64,000 nt of DNA from NCBI GenBank assembly GCA_015680685.1, contig MNCI01001457.1:77201-141200 (forward strand), written 5' to 3'. The notes under the pieces were generated by a model. That model was not told where the DNA came from, ran no database searches, and saw nothing but the letters and a program-made list of their open reading frames with translations. Below, piece after piece: positions 11,165-23,945 of this stretch. Position 1 is the first letter of the stretch; each line of letters starts with the position of its first letter. The DNA is from Gnetum montanum. Lineage: Eukaryota > Plantae > Gnetophyta. Made by a program: the position numbers and the translations under genes.

Positions 11165-12375
11165 TTTTGACCTTTTGTTATGTCAAAACATTACGGAAAA
11201 TGGAGTACAAGGATGTTTTGGTGGTTGTTGTATTTATAGGAGCAAGAGCAAGGGGCTCAAGGACTCACAAGCAAATTTGGGATCAGAAGGACTTAAGGGA
11301 GCATAGAAAAATATGAAGAATTCAAGAAAAATATGTCTATTTCTGTTGAGGATGATTCTTGGATTTTTTGGCATGTTTTGAAGTGGCTCTAGCTTATTTT
11401 GATGAGTCAAGGAGGTTATAAGATCTATGGGAACTTGTTTGGAGGCATCTAGAGGCTCCCAACATCAAAATGAGTAGTTTCATTTTTGACCCATACAGAA
11501 GAGACATCTTTTCCATACCAAAGACATCTTTCTAGTAGACATATTTCCTTAGGCAAAGACATTTTCAAAGAATGTAGGCTAGTTTTAGAAAGACATATTT
11601 TGTTAGACAATGACATCTTCTAGAATGGAGATTTTAGAAAGATGTCTTTCCCAAACAAAGACCTCTTTCTAGAATAGAGGGAAAATATATAAAGATGTAT
11701 CAGGAACAAAGAAGACATCTTCCATGACCATTAGCTACCATTAGCTAGCTATTGCATGAGTTCCAAGATGGATCTAGAAACATGGTAGCTATAAGAAGAC
11801 ATCGTATGCATTGGGAAATGGGTAAGCTTATGTGCAATCATTGTCTAATCATTTGTCAATCATTGTAACCATTATTGCTCTTCATTTGTCCATTATAAAG
11901 TGTGTTGTACATCAAAGTGCAAGGATTAGCAATTTATTTACATTCATCCCTTGTCATTATTCTTCCCTGTTTCCCTATAGGGTTGATGTGCTTCTTATGG
12001 GAAGGCATCTTGATTAAGATTATTAGTATCCTATAGGATTGAGTCGTTGGTGTTGTACCACAACACTCCTGAGTGGAGCTCAAGATTGTATAGGTTGTGG
12101 AAGCTTGGAAACCACATTCCAAGCTTGATGGGACCTTATAGGGTTGAGTGGCTGGTGCAGTGTCACAACACTTTGGAGTGGGGCTTCAAGATTTTAATTG
12201 GTACGGAATCACATTTAAGAGCAACAAAGTCTATAGGTGTGATTGTGATCTACCCTCTAAGTGTGGACTACCCAAGTTGGGGAACCATGTTAAATTTGGT
12301 GTGTGCTTTGTTTAAAGAATTTGAATTTGGGAAACTTATTCATCCACCCTCTCCTTCCAAGTTCAATGATCCACA
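11165..12375 (+). repeat. 5' LTR of copia element
   Basis: Aligns with 15955-17160 and ends GTTCAATGATCCACA, followed by the PBS. Confidence 0.9.
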
Positions 12376-12377
12376 AG

Positions 12378-12389
12378 TGGCATTAGAGC
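12378..12389 (+). promoter_or_regulatory. Primer-binding site, tRNA-iMet type
   Basis: TGGCATTAGAGC versus canonical TGGTATCAGAGC, 2 nt after the LTR. Confidence 0.8.
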
Positions 12390-12430
12390 TTAGTACTCTT
12401 CTTTGTTATCATCAACTTCAAGAGTGAACA

Positions 12431-14280
12431 ATGCAAGGGACATCTTATACAAAGCCATCCATGTTCAACGGATTTGACTTTGCCTATTGGAAAGCTAAGA
12501 TGCAAGGATTCTTTGAATCTATGGCATTCAAAATTTAGGAGTCCATCCTTGAAGGCTACACACTACTCATTGACAACACAATAAAAATCATCAAGCAATG
12601 GAGCAAATGGACACAACAAGAAAAAGATAAGTTCATGTTTGATTCTAAAGCAAAAAATTGTTTAAATTTTGCTTTGAACAAATCTGAATTTAATAGAGTA
12701 GCTAGTTGTAAAATGGCCAAAGAAATTTGGGTAACTTTAGAGGATTCTTATGAGGGAACTTTAATAGTTAAGTAATGCAAACTCTTGGTTTTGCAAAATG
12801 AGTACGATAAGCTCAAAATGAGAGAAGGAGAGAAAATAAAATATTATTTCTGTAGAGCAAAGGATCTTATTGTGGCTATTAGAGGTATTGGTAAAGATTT
12901 ACCCAAAAGTAATGTCATTTAAAATGATTAAAACTCTCCAACTAGAATTTAGATTGAAGGTCATAGCCATGAAGGAGATTAAAGACTTTTCTATTTTGAA
13001 ATTCAAAGAGCTTTAAAGTGCTCATAAGTGAAGAGGCTATTCAAGAAAAACCCATAACCCTAAAATTAGCCTCCAAATAAAAGGAACTTGCTAAACAAGA
13101 TACCAATAGCAAAGAGGAGATAGCTGTTCTTCTAAGAAGGCTACAGAGTCATATGACAAGAATAAGTAATAATTTTAATCAATAAGGATCCAATCAATTT
13201 AGAGGTAAGGGAAGAGGTAAGAAAAAAATAGAAATTTTTCAAATCTAACTTTGATTCTTCTTCAGTATAATGTTGGATGTGTGGTGGAAGAGGCCATGTG
13301 GCCTCCGAATGTCCTAGTAATCACAGGTTACAATAGAGGAATAGAAATGATGAGAAGATGAAGAAGACAAACTTCTATACAAGTTGGGATCATGGAAAGA
13401 AAAATGTGGAAGAAGTGGATGATGATGCTCAAAATTCACACCTACTCTGTATGGGCCTCATAGATGATGATGTTGGCTCCTTAGATGATTTATTGAATGA
13501 GGAAGAAAGGTTTGATTTGTTATGTAATGAATTACTATCTTTTCAAAATCTTTACAATAAGTTGAATAAGTAAGTTAAGAGTAAAGATCATGAGATAGCT
13601 TTATTAAATTCAACAATTTCCAATCTTACCAAAGAACTGTCAAGCCTAAGGGCCAAGAATAATAATAAAAAACCTAACCTTGTCTTATGAGCAAGCTAAA
13701 TTTGAAATTTTAGATGTAAAACATATGAATTAAATGTTGGTTAAAGGGAAAGAGTCACTTCAAATGGTTCTTGGACAAGGAAGAAGTCCACAAGATAAAA
13801 GTGGACTTGGATGTTGCTCCCAAGAAGAAAAACCTACAAAACCTTCATCCCATCTAAAGGAATCTTCAAGGAGTATGGGTACTACATCAGAAGAAACTCC
13901 TATCCATCAAAAGACTTCTCAAAGGTTTGATCATTCTAATCACTCTTACTACAATAGGAGGATTAGATGTTAGTATTGCAATAAGTTTGGGCATAAACAA
14001 TGGGAGCACAATTTAAAGTTTTATCATGTGAGTATCTGGTCATATCACAAGACTCCTTGGTCTTATCAAAATGCACCGAGAAAGGAATTTGGAGGATAGA
14101 TCACAAAGGAGTCAAGAAAGTTTAGAGAATCAAGAGGAAGGAACCTAAGAATGAGAAGACACTACCTAGCCAATTTGTGAAAGGAAGCCAAGTTTTGAAA
14201 ATTGAAGTCTATGTAAGAAGAGAAATCTCAAAAGAGGAATCTCATTCTTTAGCACTCTAAGCACCTTAATTTTCAATTGC
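12431..14280 (+). pseudogene. gag: copia gag (SIRE-like), decayed
   Basis: 'MQGTSYTKPSMFNGFDFAYWKAKMQGFFESM...EFNRVASCKMAKEIWVTLEDSYEGT'; zinc knuckle 'CWMCGGRGHVASECP' (~13271-13315); coiled coil then 'LQMVLGQGRSPQDKSGLG'; second decayed knuckle 'C*YCNKFGH' (~13968-13995). Confidence 0.85.
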
Positions 14281-15954
14281 AAGGTAAGTCAAGGTAATTT
14301 TTTATTTCCTTGCTTGCTAAATATCATGTTAGTATTTAGTTTAGAAAGACTAAATTGTATTGATGTGTGTTTACTTCATTTCAAGCTATGGGATGTTAGC
14401 TTTAGTATTCTGCAAGTTTTAAGATAAGTGCTTACAAGAGAAGATATTTGTGACTATTAGAACATTTTAAATTATGATATCTCTTGTGAATGTATGAGCA
14501 TGATGTGATTCATCTTATAATTGAATGAAAGTTTGTCATTCTTGTAAAATTTTAAAGATTTTATTGATAAATCGTCTTTCAAAATCTTATTTAGAATGTA
14601 TTGGTTTCAAGTGGTTTACAACTCATGGTCCAAAAGCTCTTTGTTGAAAAATTATTACTTTTCAAACATATATGTCTTGTGCTCCAAACTCTTAATTATA
14701 CTATGGAATTGTTTCTTCCTTATGAAATCTTAAATTTTGGTTGTTTTTAAGAGTTATTTTATGGTCCTTGTAATGTAAGCCATGAATTTTCTAAGAAAAG
14801 AAATGTTTCAAGAGGAATTATCATGAAGTACTACTAATAGAAGACCCAATTCTCCATAGTTGATCTTAACCTTGAATTGCAAAGATAGTACTTTCATGAG
14901 AAAAGAACAAGTTGATCCAAAAGGATCCAAAGGGAAAATTAGAATCTACACATATGAAAGGGTAGCCTATAGCAAATCCAAGAGGCCACAAGTATAGGGG
15001 GAGTCTTTTGAGGCTTTTACCAAAAGGTAGTCAATTAGCAAAACTTCATATTTCAACTCATCCTTAGCAAAAAAAATGAGCAAGGAAGAGCATATTCATC
15101 TAGTAATGTTGTAAAAGAGGACATTTATTAACTCCTTATCTAAAGATGAACTTTTATTGTGAAAGCTCCTGATGTTTATATGTTATATAAACGCACCTAT
15201 GAGCTCTATTTATTGTCTGAGCTTTTGTATGTTGAGAATATGTCTTTTTAAGTACCTAAGGCCCTTATTGAAAATATGAATTGAGATGTACTAGAATAGG
15301 TGTTGTACTAAAATAGGTGTTCATGATCTCTTTTGGTAAGATATGAGGTATATCCATATGTTATTTTTCCTTTAACATGATTATCATATATTAGTTTATG
15401 AATCTTCTTTTGGATAAAAAGTAGATTAGTTGTGTTTGATTGTTTGATATATTTAGCTTGATTAGTTGTGTTGCTTTATCTTAAAAGTTGAATATGCATG
15501 TTTTAAAATCACCTTAAACTTGCTATCGAATTGTTGATATTGAAAAATTAAAGAATCATGTGATATTTACTACTAATGGCTTATTGGTTTAGAGATAGGT
15601 TACTTGATTTATAAGGAGCATACTTTACTTCAAGATTTAAGTTTTTAAATATTCTTGAATATTAATTGAAAGGCTTGGATCAGTTACTTTGTAACTTTGT
15701 AAATAGATAAGGGGCAACTCTTCATGGAAATTAGTGCTAAAATATGTGTACTCTTATTATTTCTTAGCTAAAATGTTAGTTATGCATATTATATGATGTT
15801 GATATTTTATGATATATCTTTAAGAGATAAGTTTATATGCATCATCCTTTTTGGTCATGTTCAAAAATGGGGAGAAGTAGCATATGAATTGTGATATTGT
15901 GATAAAGACTAATCCATTTTCTTAAGTTTTAAACGTTACCAAAAAGGGGGTGAT

Positions 15955-17160
15955 TGTTAACCTTTTGGTATGTCAAAATATTAAGGAAAATGGAGTACAA
16001 GGATATTTTGATGGTTGTTGTATTTACAAGAGCAAAGGACTCAAGGGCTCACAAGCAAATTTGAGATCACAAGGACTCAAGGGAGCATGGATGAATACAA
16101 AGAATTCAACTAAAATATGTCTATTTTTATTAAGGATGATTCTTGGATGTTTTGAAGTGGTTCTAGCTCATTTTGATGGTCTAAGAGGTTATAAGATATA
16201 TGGGAACTTGTTTGGAGGCATCTGGAGGCTCCTAGCATCAAAATGAATAGTTTCATTTTTGGCCTCTGCAAAGAAAATGTTTTTTCCATACCAAATACAT
16301 CTTTCCAAAGATAACTCAAGCAAAGATGTCTTCAAGAAATATCATATGTCTTTCCTCAAGAAAAGATGTCCTCCACTAGGTAAAGATGTCTTCACATAAT
16401 GTAGGCTAGTTTTAGAAAGATGTCTTTTAGATTTGAGATTTCAGAAAGACATCTTTCCCAGAGAAAGAAATATTCCCAAAATAGAGGGAAAATATAGAAA
16501 AACATCTTAGGCATGAAGAATATGTCTTTCATGACCATTAGCTATCATGGATTTGAAAACATGGTAACTATAAGAAGACATCATATGCATTGGGAAATGA
16601 GCAATCTTATGTGAAATCATTGTCTAATCATTTGTCAATAATTGTAATCAGTGTTTCTCTTCATTGTATTATCATTTTTCCATTATAAAGTGTGATGTAC
16701 CTCAAAGTACAAGGATCAGCAAACTAATTTCCATTCATTCCTTGTAATTTTTCTTACTTGTTACCTTGTAGGATTGATGTGCTTCTTGTGGGAAGGCATC
16801 TTGATTGAGCTTGTCAAGATCCTGTGAGATTGAGTGGTTGGTGTTGTGGCACAACACTCCTAAGTGGAGATCAAGATTGTAAAGGTTGTGGAAGCCTGGA
16901 AACCATACTACAAGCCTGATGGGACCTTGCGGGGTTGAGTTTTTGGTGTAGCGTCATGACACTCCAAAGTGGGGCTTGAAGATTGTACAGGATGTGGACC
17001 CTTCAAATCATATTTAAGAGCAAAAATGTCTAGAGGTGTGCTTGCAATCTATCCTCTAAGTGTGGACTACCCAAGTTGGGGAACCACATTAAATTTGGTG
17101 TATGTGCTTTGTTCAAATAATTTGAATCTATGAAACTTATTCTAAGTTCAATGATCCACA
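15955..17160 (+). repeat. 3' LTR of copia element
   Basis: TGTTAACC...GATCCACA, preceded by PPT AAAAAGGGGGTGAT (15941-15954) and an upstream PPT-like AAAAATGGGGAGAAG (~15863-15877). Confidence 0.9.
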
Positions 17161-17165
17161 AGCAT

Positions 17166-20100
17166 GACCCAACAAACTAAACATTAAATAAAAAAGTAGA
17201 TGAGTTGATATGATTAATAAAAAAACAAGCTCATGTGGCATAAAGTGAAGCATGTAGTATTTGTGATAGTCCACAACACAACTACATTGCTTGTCCAGCC
17301 TTATTATATTGTCATGAGGAAATGCATGAATTATTCAAGGCTTTTCAATAATATAAGAGCCAACCAACAATGAGCTTTCCACAAAGACCACCTTACAATA
17401 ATAATATCCTAAAAATAACTTCAGAAAATTTAAGAATCCAACTAATGAACATTTGGATAAATTCATCCAAAGTCTTACTTCCTTCATTGAAGAGAGTAGA
17501 CAGTTCATAAGTGAAATGAAAAAAATATTTCAAGACCTAACCAAGAATGAATTACCATCCCAACTTGAACTAGATCCTACATTTCAAAGAAAGGGAAAGG
17601 AACAATTGCATTTCATCACTACGATAAGTGGAAAAATAGTTGAGCATAAACCCTAAAAGAAGGTGAGATTTCAAGAAATAAGGACACAAGAAGAAGCTCA
17701 GCTACAAGTATTGAATGTGGAAGAAGAAGATAAACCAATTAGGGAAAGAGAACAACCAATACTTTCTACACAAATAGTTCTACGTCCTTTTCCTAAACAA
17801 TTGCAAGAGGACTCTATAACTAAATCCCATCTCTAAAAAATTCTTATTGAATTATATTTGCATATTCCTTTGGAACAAGTGGTAAATTACACACCTCTTT
17901 ATGCTAAGTACTTACTGGAATTGTGCACTAGGAGAAGAAAGGAAAAGATTCCTAAACAAGTTTATTTAGTTGATAATCTTTCTCAAATTATAAAAATTCA
18001 TGGGGTTCCAAAATACCAAGATCTAGAAGTTCCTATCATTCCAATTAAAATAAATGGACAAATTATTAGGAATGACCTATTGGATTTAGAAGCTAGTATT
18101 AATATCATGCCACTAGAAATGGCTAGGTCACTTGATTTGAAGGATATAAAAAGTGAAAACATGACAATATTTTTGGCTAATTGTTCTAATGTAAAACCCA
18201 TAGGAATAATAAAAGATTTGATAATATAGTTGGAAAGAGGAAAATACCTGATCGATTTTGTAGTTTTCAAAGTAAAAGATCCAGATTATTTTTCCATTAT
18301 ACTAGGTAGACCTTAGTTAGCAATAGCTGATGTGGTAATAAATTGTAGATTAGGAAAACTCCAATTATCTTTTGCTAATCTTACCTTTATGCTTAACATA
18401 TATGATAAGGAAAAATCAAACCAAGTAAACAAAGATTTAAAAGAAGCAAGAATGCTCTACAAAATACCCACTCTAGCAATGGCATAAGATAGGGAAACAT
18501 TGGTACTAAAAAATTTTAAGGACCTTTAGATCCCTCTACAAAAGAACAACAAGATCTCTTTGACCATATTTTGAATTTAGGATTAGGGAATATTGGATAA
18601 ACAATTCAACCTCCAAAAAATGATTCTTTGGATCTTAGAGAATTACCTAGGACACTGAAGTATGTTTTCCTATATCATAATAAACCATTAATAATAATCC
18701 TGACTTTCTGATGAGCATGAAACTAAATTATTAGAAGTCTTACATAGAAAATCTAAGGCATTTGCATGGAGTTATGAGGACCTTTATCAAGGAATCTCAC
18801 AAAACATTTGCCAACATCATATCTATCTAGAAGATAATGTAAAATCAGTAAGAATCCCCCTAGATGAATTAATCCAACTTTAAAATAAATTGTTAAAGAT
18901 GAGATATCAAAACTTTGCAAGGAAGGAATTATTTATCTAATAGTTGATAATAAATAGGTAAATCCTATTATAGTACTTCCAAATAGTGGTAGAAATGGAG
19001 AGGTTGTGTGGATTACAAGAAACTAAATCAAAACATAAAGAAAGATCATTTTCCTTTACCTTACATAGATCAAATTTTAGAAAAATTAGAAGGGCATGAA
19101 TATTATTGTTTTCTGGATGGATTTAGTAGCTACAATAGCCATTGCCTTTGAAGATCAAGATAAAACAACTTTTACATGCCCATATGGAACTTTTGCTTCC
19201 CAACAGATGCCTTTTGGTCTCTGTAATGCACCCACTACCTTCCAAAGAGCTATGATATTAGTATTCTCTGATATGTTAGAAGATTATGTTGAAGTATTTA
19301 TGGATGATTTTTTGGTCTATGGAGATACTTATGATGAAACATTATAACATTTAGAATGTGTTTTAGATAGATGTATAGATAAAAATTTAAAATTAATTTG
19401 GGAAAAAAGTCATTTGATGGTTACAAATGACACAATATTAGGACCTATTATTTCTAAGGATGGGATAAAGATAAATGAAGAAAAATTGAAAGAAATATCT
19501 ACATTTTCAGCTCCAACTAATTTAAAAATTTTTTAATCTTTTCTAGGACATGTTCGATATTATAGGCAATTTATCAAAGATTTTTCAAAAATTGTTAAAC
19601 CTTTGTATTTGCTCCTAGAAAAGGATGTTCCTTTTGTATGGACTAATAATTGTTAAGAAGCATTCTTAGAATTAAATAATAGAGTAACCACTGCCCCTAT
19701 ATTAAATGTACCTAATTGAGATTTCCCATTTAATTTAATGTGTGATGCTAGTGACACTGTGATAGGAGCAGTTTTAGGACAATATATTGATAATAAGCCA
19801 CAAGTTATCTATTATGTGTCTAAGAGTCTAGACCAGGCCTAAATAAATTATTCAACTACTGATAAAGAATTTTTAGCTATTATATATGCTTTGGATAAGT
19901 TTAGAAATTATTTAATAGGATATAAAACTAGATTTTATACTGACTATTCAACCATTAAGTTTTTGGCTACTAAAAAAATAGAAAATGCAAGAATAATGAG
20001 ATGGCTCCTATTACTCGAAGAATTTGATCTTGACATCTTAGATTAGAAAATGTAGCTACTAATAATCTTTCTAGATTAGAAAAAAGAGATGAAAATAGAA

Positions 20101-21523
20101 CATAATGGGTCTTTCATGATAAATTCCCTGATGAACAACTCTTTTCCCTAAGGATCCATGATTTGTTGATATAGTAAACTATCTTGCCACTATGAAAAAC
20201 CCAACCCAATGGAGTAAGGAGGAGAAGAAATATTTCTTACAAACCATCTCTAAATATATTTGGAGTAGTCTGTACCTTTATAGAATATGTAAAGATAATG
20301 TAGCAAGAAGATATGTGGCTAAGAATGAGCAACAAGAAATTCTACATAGGTGCCATGATGACGTAGGAGGTGGTCATTTTGATAGTAGACACATTGCTAT
20401 AAAAATCTTGCAAAGTGGATTTTATTGATCCTAAATCTTTAAATATTCTCATAAGTATGTACAAGAATGTGATAAATATCAATGAATGGGGGCCATAACC
20501 AAAAATCAAGAAATGCCCTTAAACCCAATTTTAATAACTAAACCATTTGATGTGTGGAGTATAGGCCTTTTAGGACCATTTCCACCATCTAATGAATTTC
20601 AATATATTTTGGTTTGTATAGACTATGTCACTAAATGGGTATAAGCAAAAGCCATCCCAACAAATGATGTTAAGGTAGTGGTAGCTTTTCTTAGAGAAAA
20701 TATTTTAACATGTTTTGGAACTCCACAAGTGACCATGTGATCAAGGTACTCATTTTGTAAATAGAATAATGGAGAAATTCCTTAAGTCTTGTGGAATCAA
20801 ACATAAGATAGCTATTTCCTATCATCCTCAAAAAAAATGGTCAAGTAGAAAATGCTAATATAATTATATTAAATATATTGATAAAAATAGTATGTGCTAA
20901 AAAGGACTAGTCAAAAAAAAAATTATAAGATGCATTTTGGGCTTATAGAATTACATATAAACCAAGTTTAGGATATTTAGCTTATTAATAGTTTTATGGT
21001 AAATAGTGTTTATTGCTAGTAGAAATTAAATATCAATCTCTACATTTAGTGCAACAATTGACTTTCAATGAAGAAATAAATCATGCCTCTAGAATGATTC
21101 AAATACATGAACTTGTTGAAATGAGGTTGAATATTCTTAACAAGCAAAAAATTATAAAAAAAAATGAAGAACTTGCATGATAAGAACATTTTCAAGAAAC
21201 ACTTTTCCATAGGTGATAAAGTTCTTTTGTATAATATGAGATTACATAAATTTCTATGCAAGTTAACAAATAGGTGAAAAGGCCCATATCTAGTGGTGCA
21301 ACCCCACCCTAATGGAAGTGTTCTAATTTCACCTATTGATGATTCCTCAACTACATTTCTAGTCAATGGACAAAGCCTTAAACTATATTATCAACATCAC
21401 ATTGAGGAACCCAGAGAAGAGGAATTAATAGAGTTAAGTGACCCAACTTATCCTAATGATGATGAAATTAATGAGAAAAATCCAATAGAAGTCCTAGCAG
21501 CCTTTAGCAAAATCCTTATGTAA
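17166..21523 (+). pseudogene. pol: gag 3' part and pol (protease, RT, RNase H, integrase) of element B, decayed
   Basis: Knuckle 'CSICDSPQHNYIACP' (~17253-17297); protease 'LLDLEASINIMP' (~18076-18111) and 'IILGRP'; RT 'DQDKTTFTCPYGTF..MPFGLCNAPTTFQRAM..VEVFMDDF' (19150-19312); RNase H 'LMCDASD..IGAVLGQ' (~19735); integrase 'HRCHDDVGGGHF', 'DYVTKWV' and 'KGPY'. Confidence 0.93.
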
Positions 21524-23945
21524 TATTATAATTTAATAAATGAGGTATTTTAGTCTACAAATTTTACATTGAAAAATGGATAGGATAGTTGTATTTTCTA
21601 TTATTAGTTGGGACTATAAAGAATTCATTAGCATCGTGTTTGGAATGCAAAGGAGAAGGACAACTTCTCTTACCTTAAGATAGGCAGGTTTAAATCCAAA
21701 ATCCATCTGGGGGTGAGCCTTAGAATAATTTATTTTTTTGTTGTAAAATTTTATTTTACTTTTCCTACTTTAATGAACCATTAGGATAATCACCAAGTGG
21801 GGTTTACAACATTCATGATTGGTTTTAGTGATTACCTTTTTAATACGTCAATATGGAGAAAAGGGTATGTCATATTTGGACTAGCCATAAAAGTGTCGTA
21901 GCATGAGAAATGTTATTAGTCACTAAGAGAGCCACCATCATTTCTATTTAAAAAATATTTGCCCCCGTAAGAACCTCATGATTGAAGCAGGTCTTACTAT
22001 GAATTTTTATTTGGTTTTTAAAAAATAAATATCTATATGAATAAGGTCCCACAAGCACCTTCAATCATGAGCAGGGCCACACTCCCACAAAAGCCTTATG
22101 ATTGGAGCAATGCACAAAACTCATATTTATTCACATCCCACAAGAATTTCCTTTCATAAGCAGAGTGTTTCATGATGGACAATCATTTCATAAGTAATGA
22201 CTTTCAGAATTTTATGTTTTGGCTAGGATATGGCATTGGACTTGGCAGATTGGCTTATTTTAATTTGGTAATTTACTAATTTCATTCATTTTTGCTCATT
22301 CTACCTACTTGGCTCATTTTCTTTCTTATTTCATGATATTTTACTTTTGTTTGTTATTCATTTCTTTTATTTCTCTCTTTTTGCTTTTCTTTTCATTTTC
22401 TTTTCTATGGTAATCTATTTTACCTAGTGGTACTCTTAGTGCAAGGGTCTCCCATGTGTTTTTCATCATGCACTCCATAGATGTTAGTGGTCAAGATCCC
22501 TACTATGGTGGATAATGATGGATATTAACATTTTCTAGACCCATGGCTTTTAGTACACTATCCATAATAGAGGTTATATAAATTCCATGGCAATCTTTTC
22601 TTTTTGATATATCCTCTAGCCATGTCCACTTTTAAATAACTTATTCTTACTAATTAACCTAGGTATGATACATATCCTAGATTAATTAGGGGAAGGATAA
22701 CCAATTCATAATGGATAAGATAGTAGGGTATAACCAACATGGAAGTTGATCTAAGAGCAAGTTAGGGAATGAGTTAGAAGCATGAAATGAATCTCGAATT
22801 CTTAAAACATAGGAAAGGTTAAGACCTTGAGATTGTAAGACATTCTTGCACCTAATGAAGCAAACCTTGTAAGGTGATGTTTTAGCCTAATCAATCCTAG
22901 TAAGGGCCTTCCAATTTGAGTTATATGTGGACTCATATCCAATTAATAAGAAATTATTATAAAGAGAGGAATAAAAATATGAACATTTTTCACACATAAA
23001 ATCACCATAATATAGATTAATATCACTTCTTATGACTTAGGGAAATTAGCATAAGTCACATTGCCAAAGGATATCGAGTATCGATGTCTATAGAAGCTCA
23101 AAAGAATCCTAGAATGAGTTATATTGAGAAAGATCAAGGGGTCAATGTTTCACTATAACATAAATTGAGGTATATAGATTCTAGTAATATAGTCCAATGT
23201 AATTATGATGAAACTCATGTTATCAATATAAATTTTGATTTAATCGATTTGAATTGAGATGAAAAATAAGGTGTCTATTGATCCATACTAGTTAGGTCAA
23301 TATGGTTTAAACATGAACAAATTTTATCTAAAATGTGGCATATGAATAGCATGGCATCGATATAAATCAATATGTTTATTAAATATATCAATTCTTATAG
23401 CCTAGATCAATAGAGATCGATGCCTAAGATTTTTCCAAGCACCTTGAGTATTATCTATGTGACTGTGATAATAATTAATATGTTAGTAACCTAAATTTTT
23501 TATACATCAATCCATATTGATGGATCTATAAAGTTCAACCTAAAATGTTACGATTCATATTGAATTTATGATAGGTATTGACATCATTAAAATTTGAAAA
23601 AAATAAAAGGGTAATGAGTAAGGTGGTGGATTTAATACAAAAGCCACCACCTGAAAGACAACATTATATTATTACAATTCAAAAATGTGAGTATTGTGAT
23701 TTAGGACTCACACCTTCAATGTTTAGGACCTCCATTTCTCCCTAGATTTTCATTTGCATCACTCATTCAAGAGGGACCATGATGAGCCGTGAGATCTAAA
23801 AGCCACATAAACCTCCAATCTTGACAAAACCTTTTGAAGGTAGGATGATTTTCCACCCTTCTTGAATTTTTTCTCAAATTTAGAAAACAATGTTAATCAT
23901 GTCTCTTTTATTTTTTGTTGTTAACATGAAATATTTTCTTATAAT

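Larger units (their letters stand above)
11165..17160 (+). mobile_element. Non-autonomous Ty1/copia element (SIRE/Maximus-like), gag only, nested in gag of element B
   Basis: LTRs 11165-12375 and 15955-17160. TSD GGCAT (11160-11164) / AGCAT (17161-17165). PBS TGGCATTAGAGC. PPT AAAAAGGGGGTGAT. The 3.6-kb interior has gag but no PR, INT, RT or RH motifs. Confidence 0.9.

Noticed and set aside
10905-11306. 133-aa ORF as an intact gene (also 15950-16246, 12047-12427, 58114-58296)
   Set aside because: These are chimeric read-throughs across insertion junctions or chance ORFs within LTRs.
21962-22165. CRISPR-like repeat-spacer appearance (also 33530-33745 and 52068-52530)
   Set aside because: Units are degenerate, few and irregularly spaced, lie inside retrotransposon UTRs, and there are no cas genes; the context is eukaryotic.
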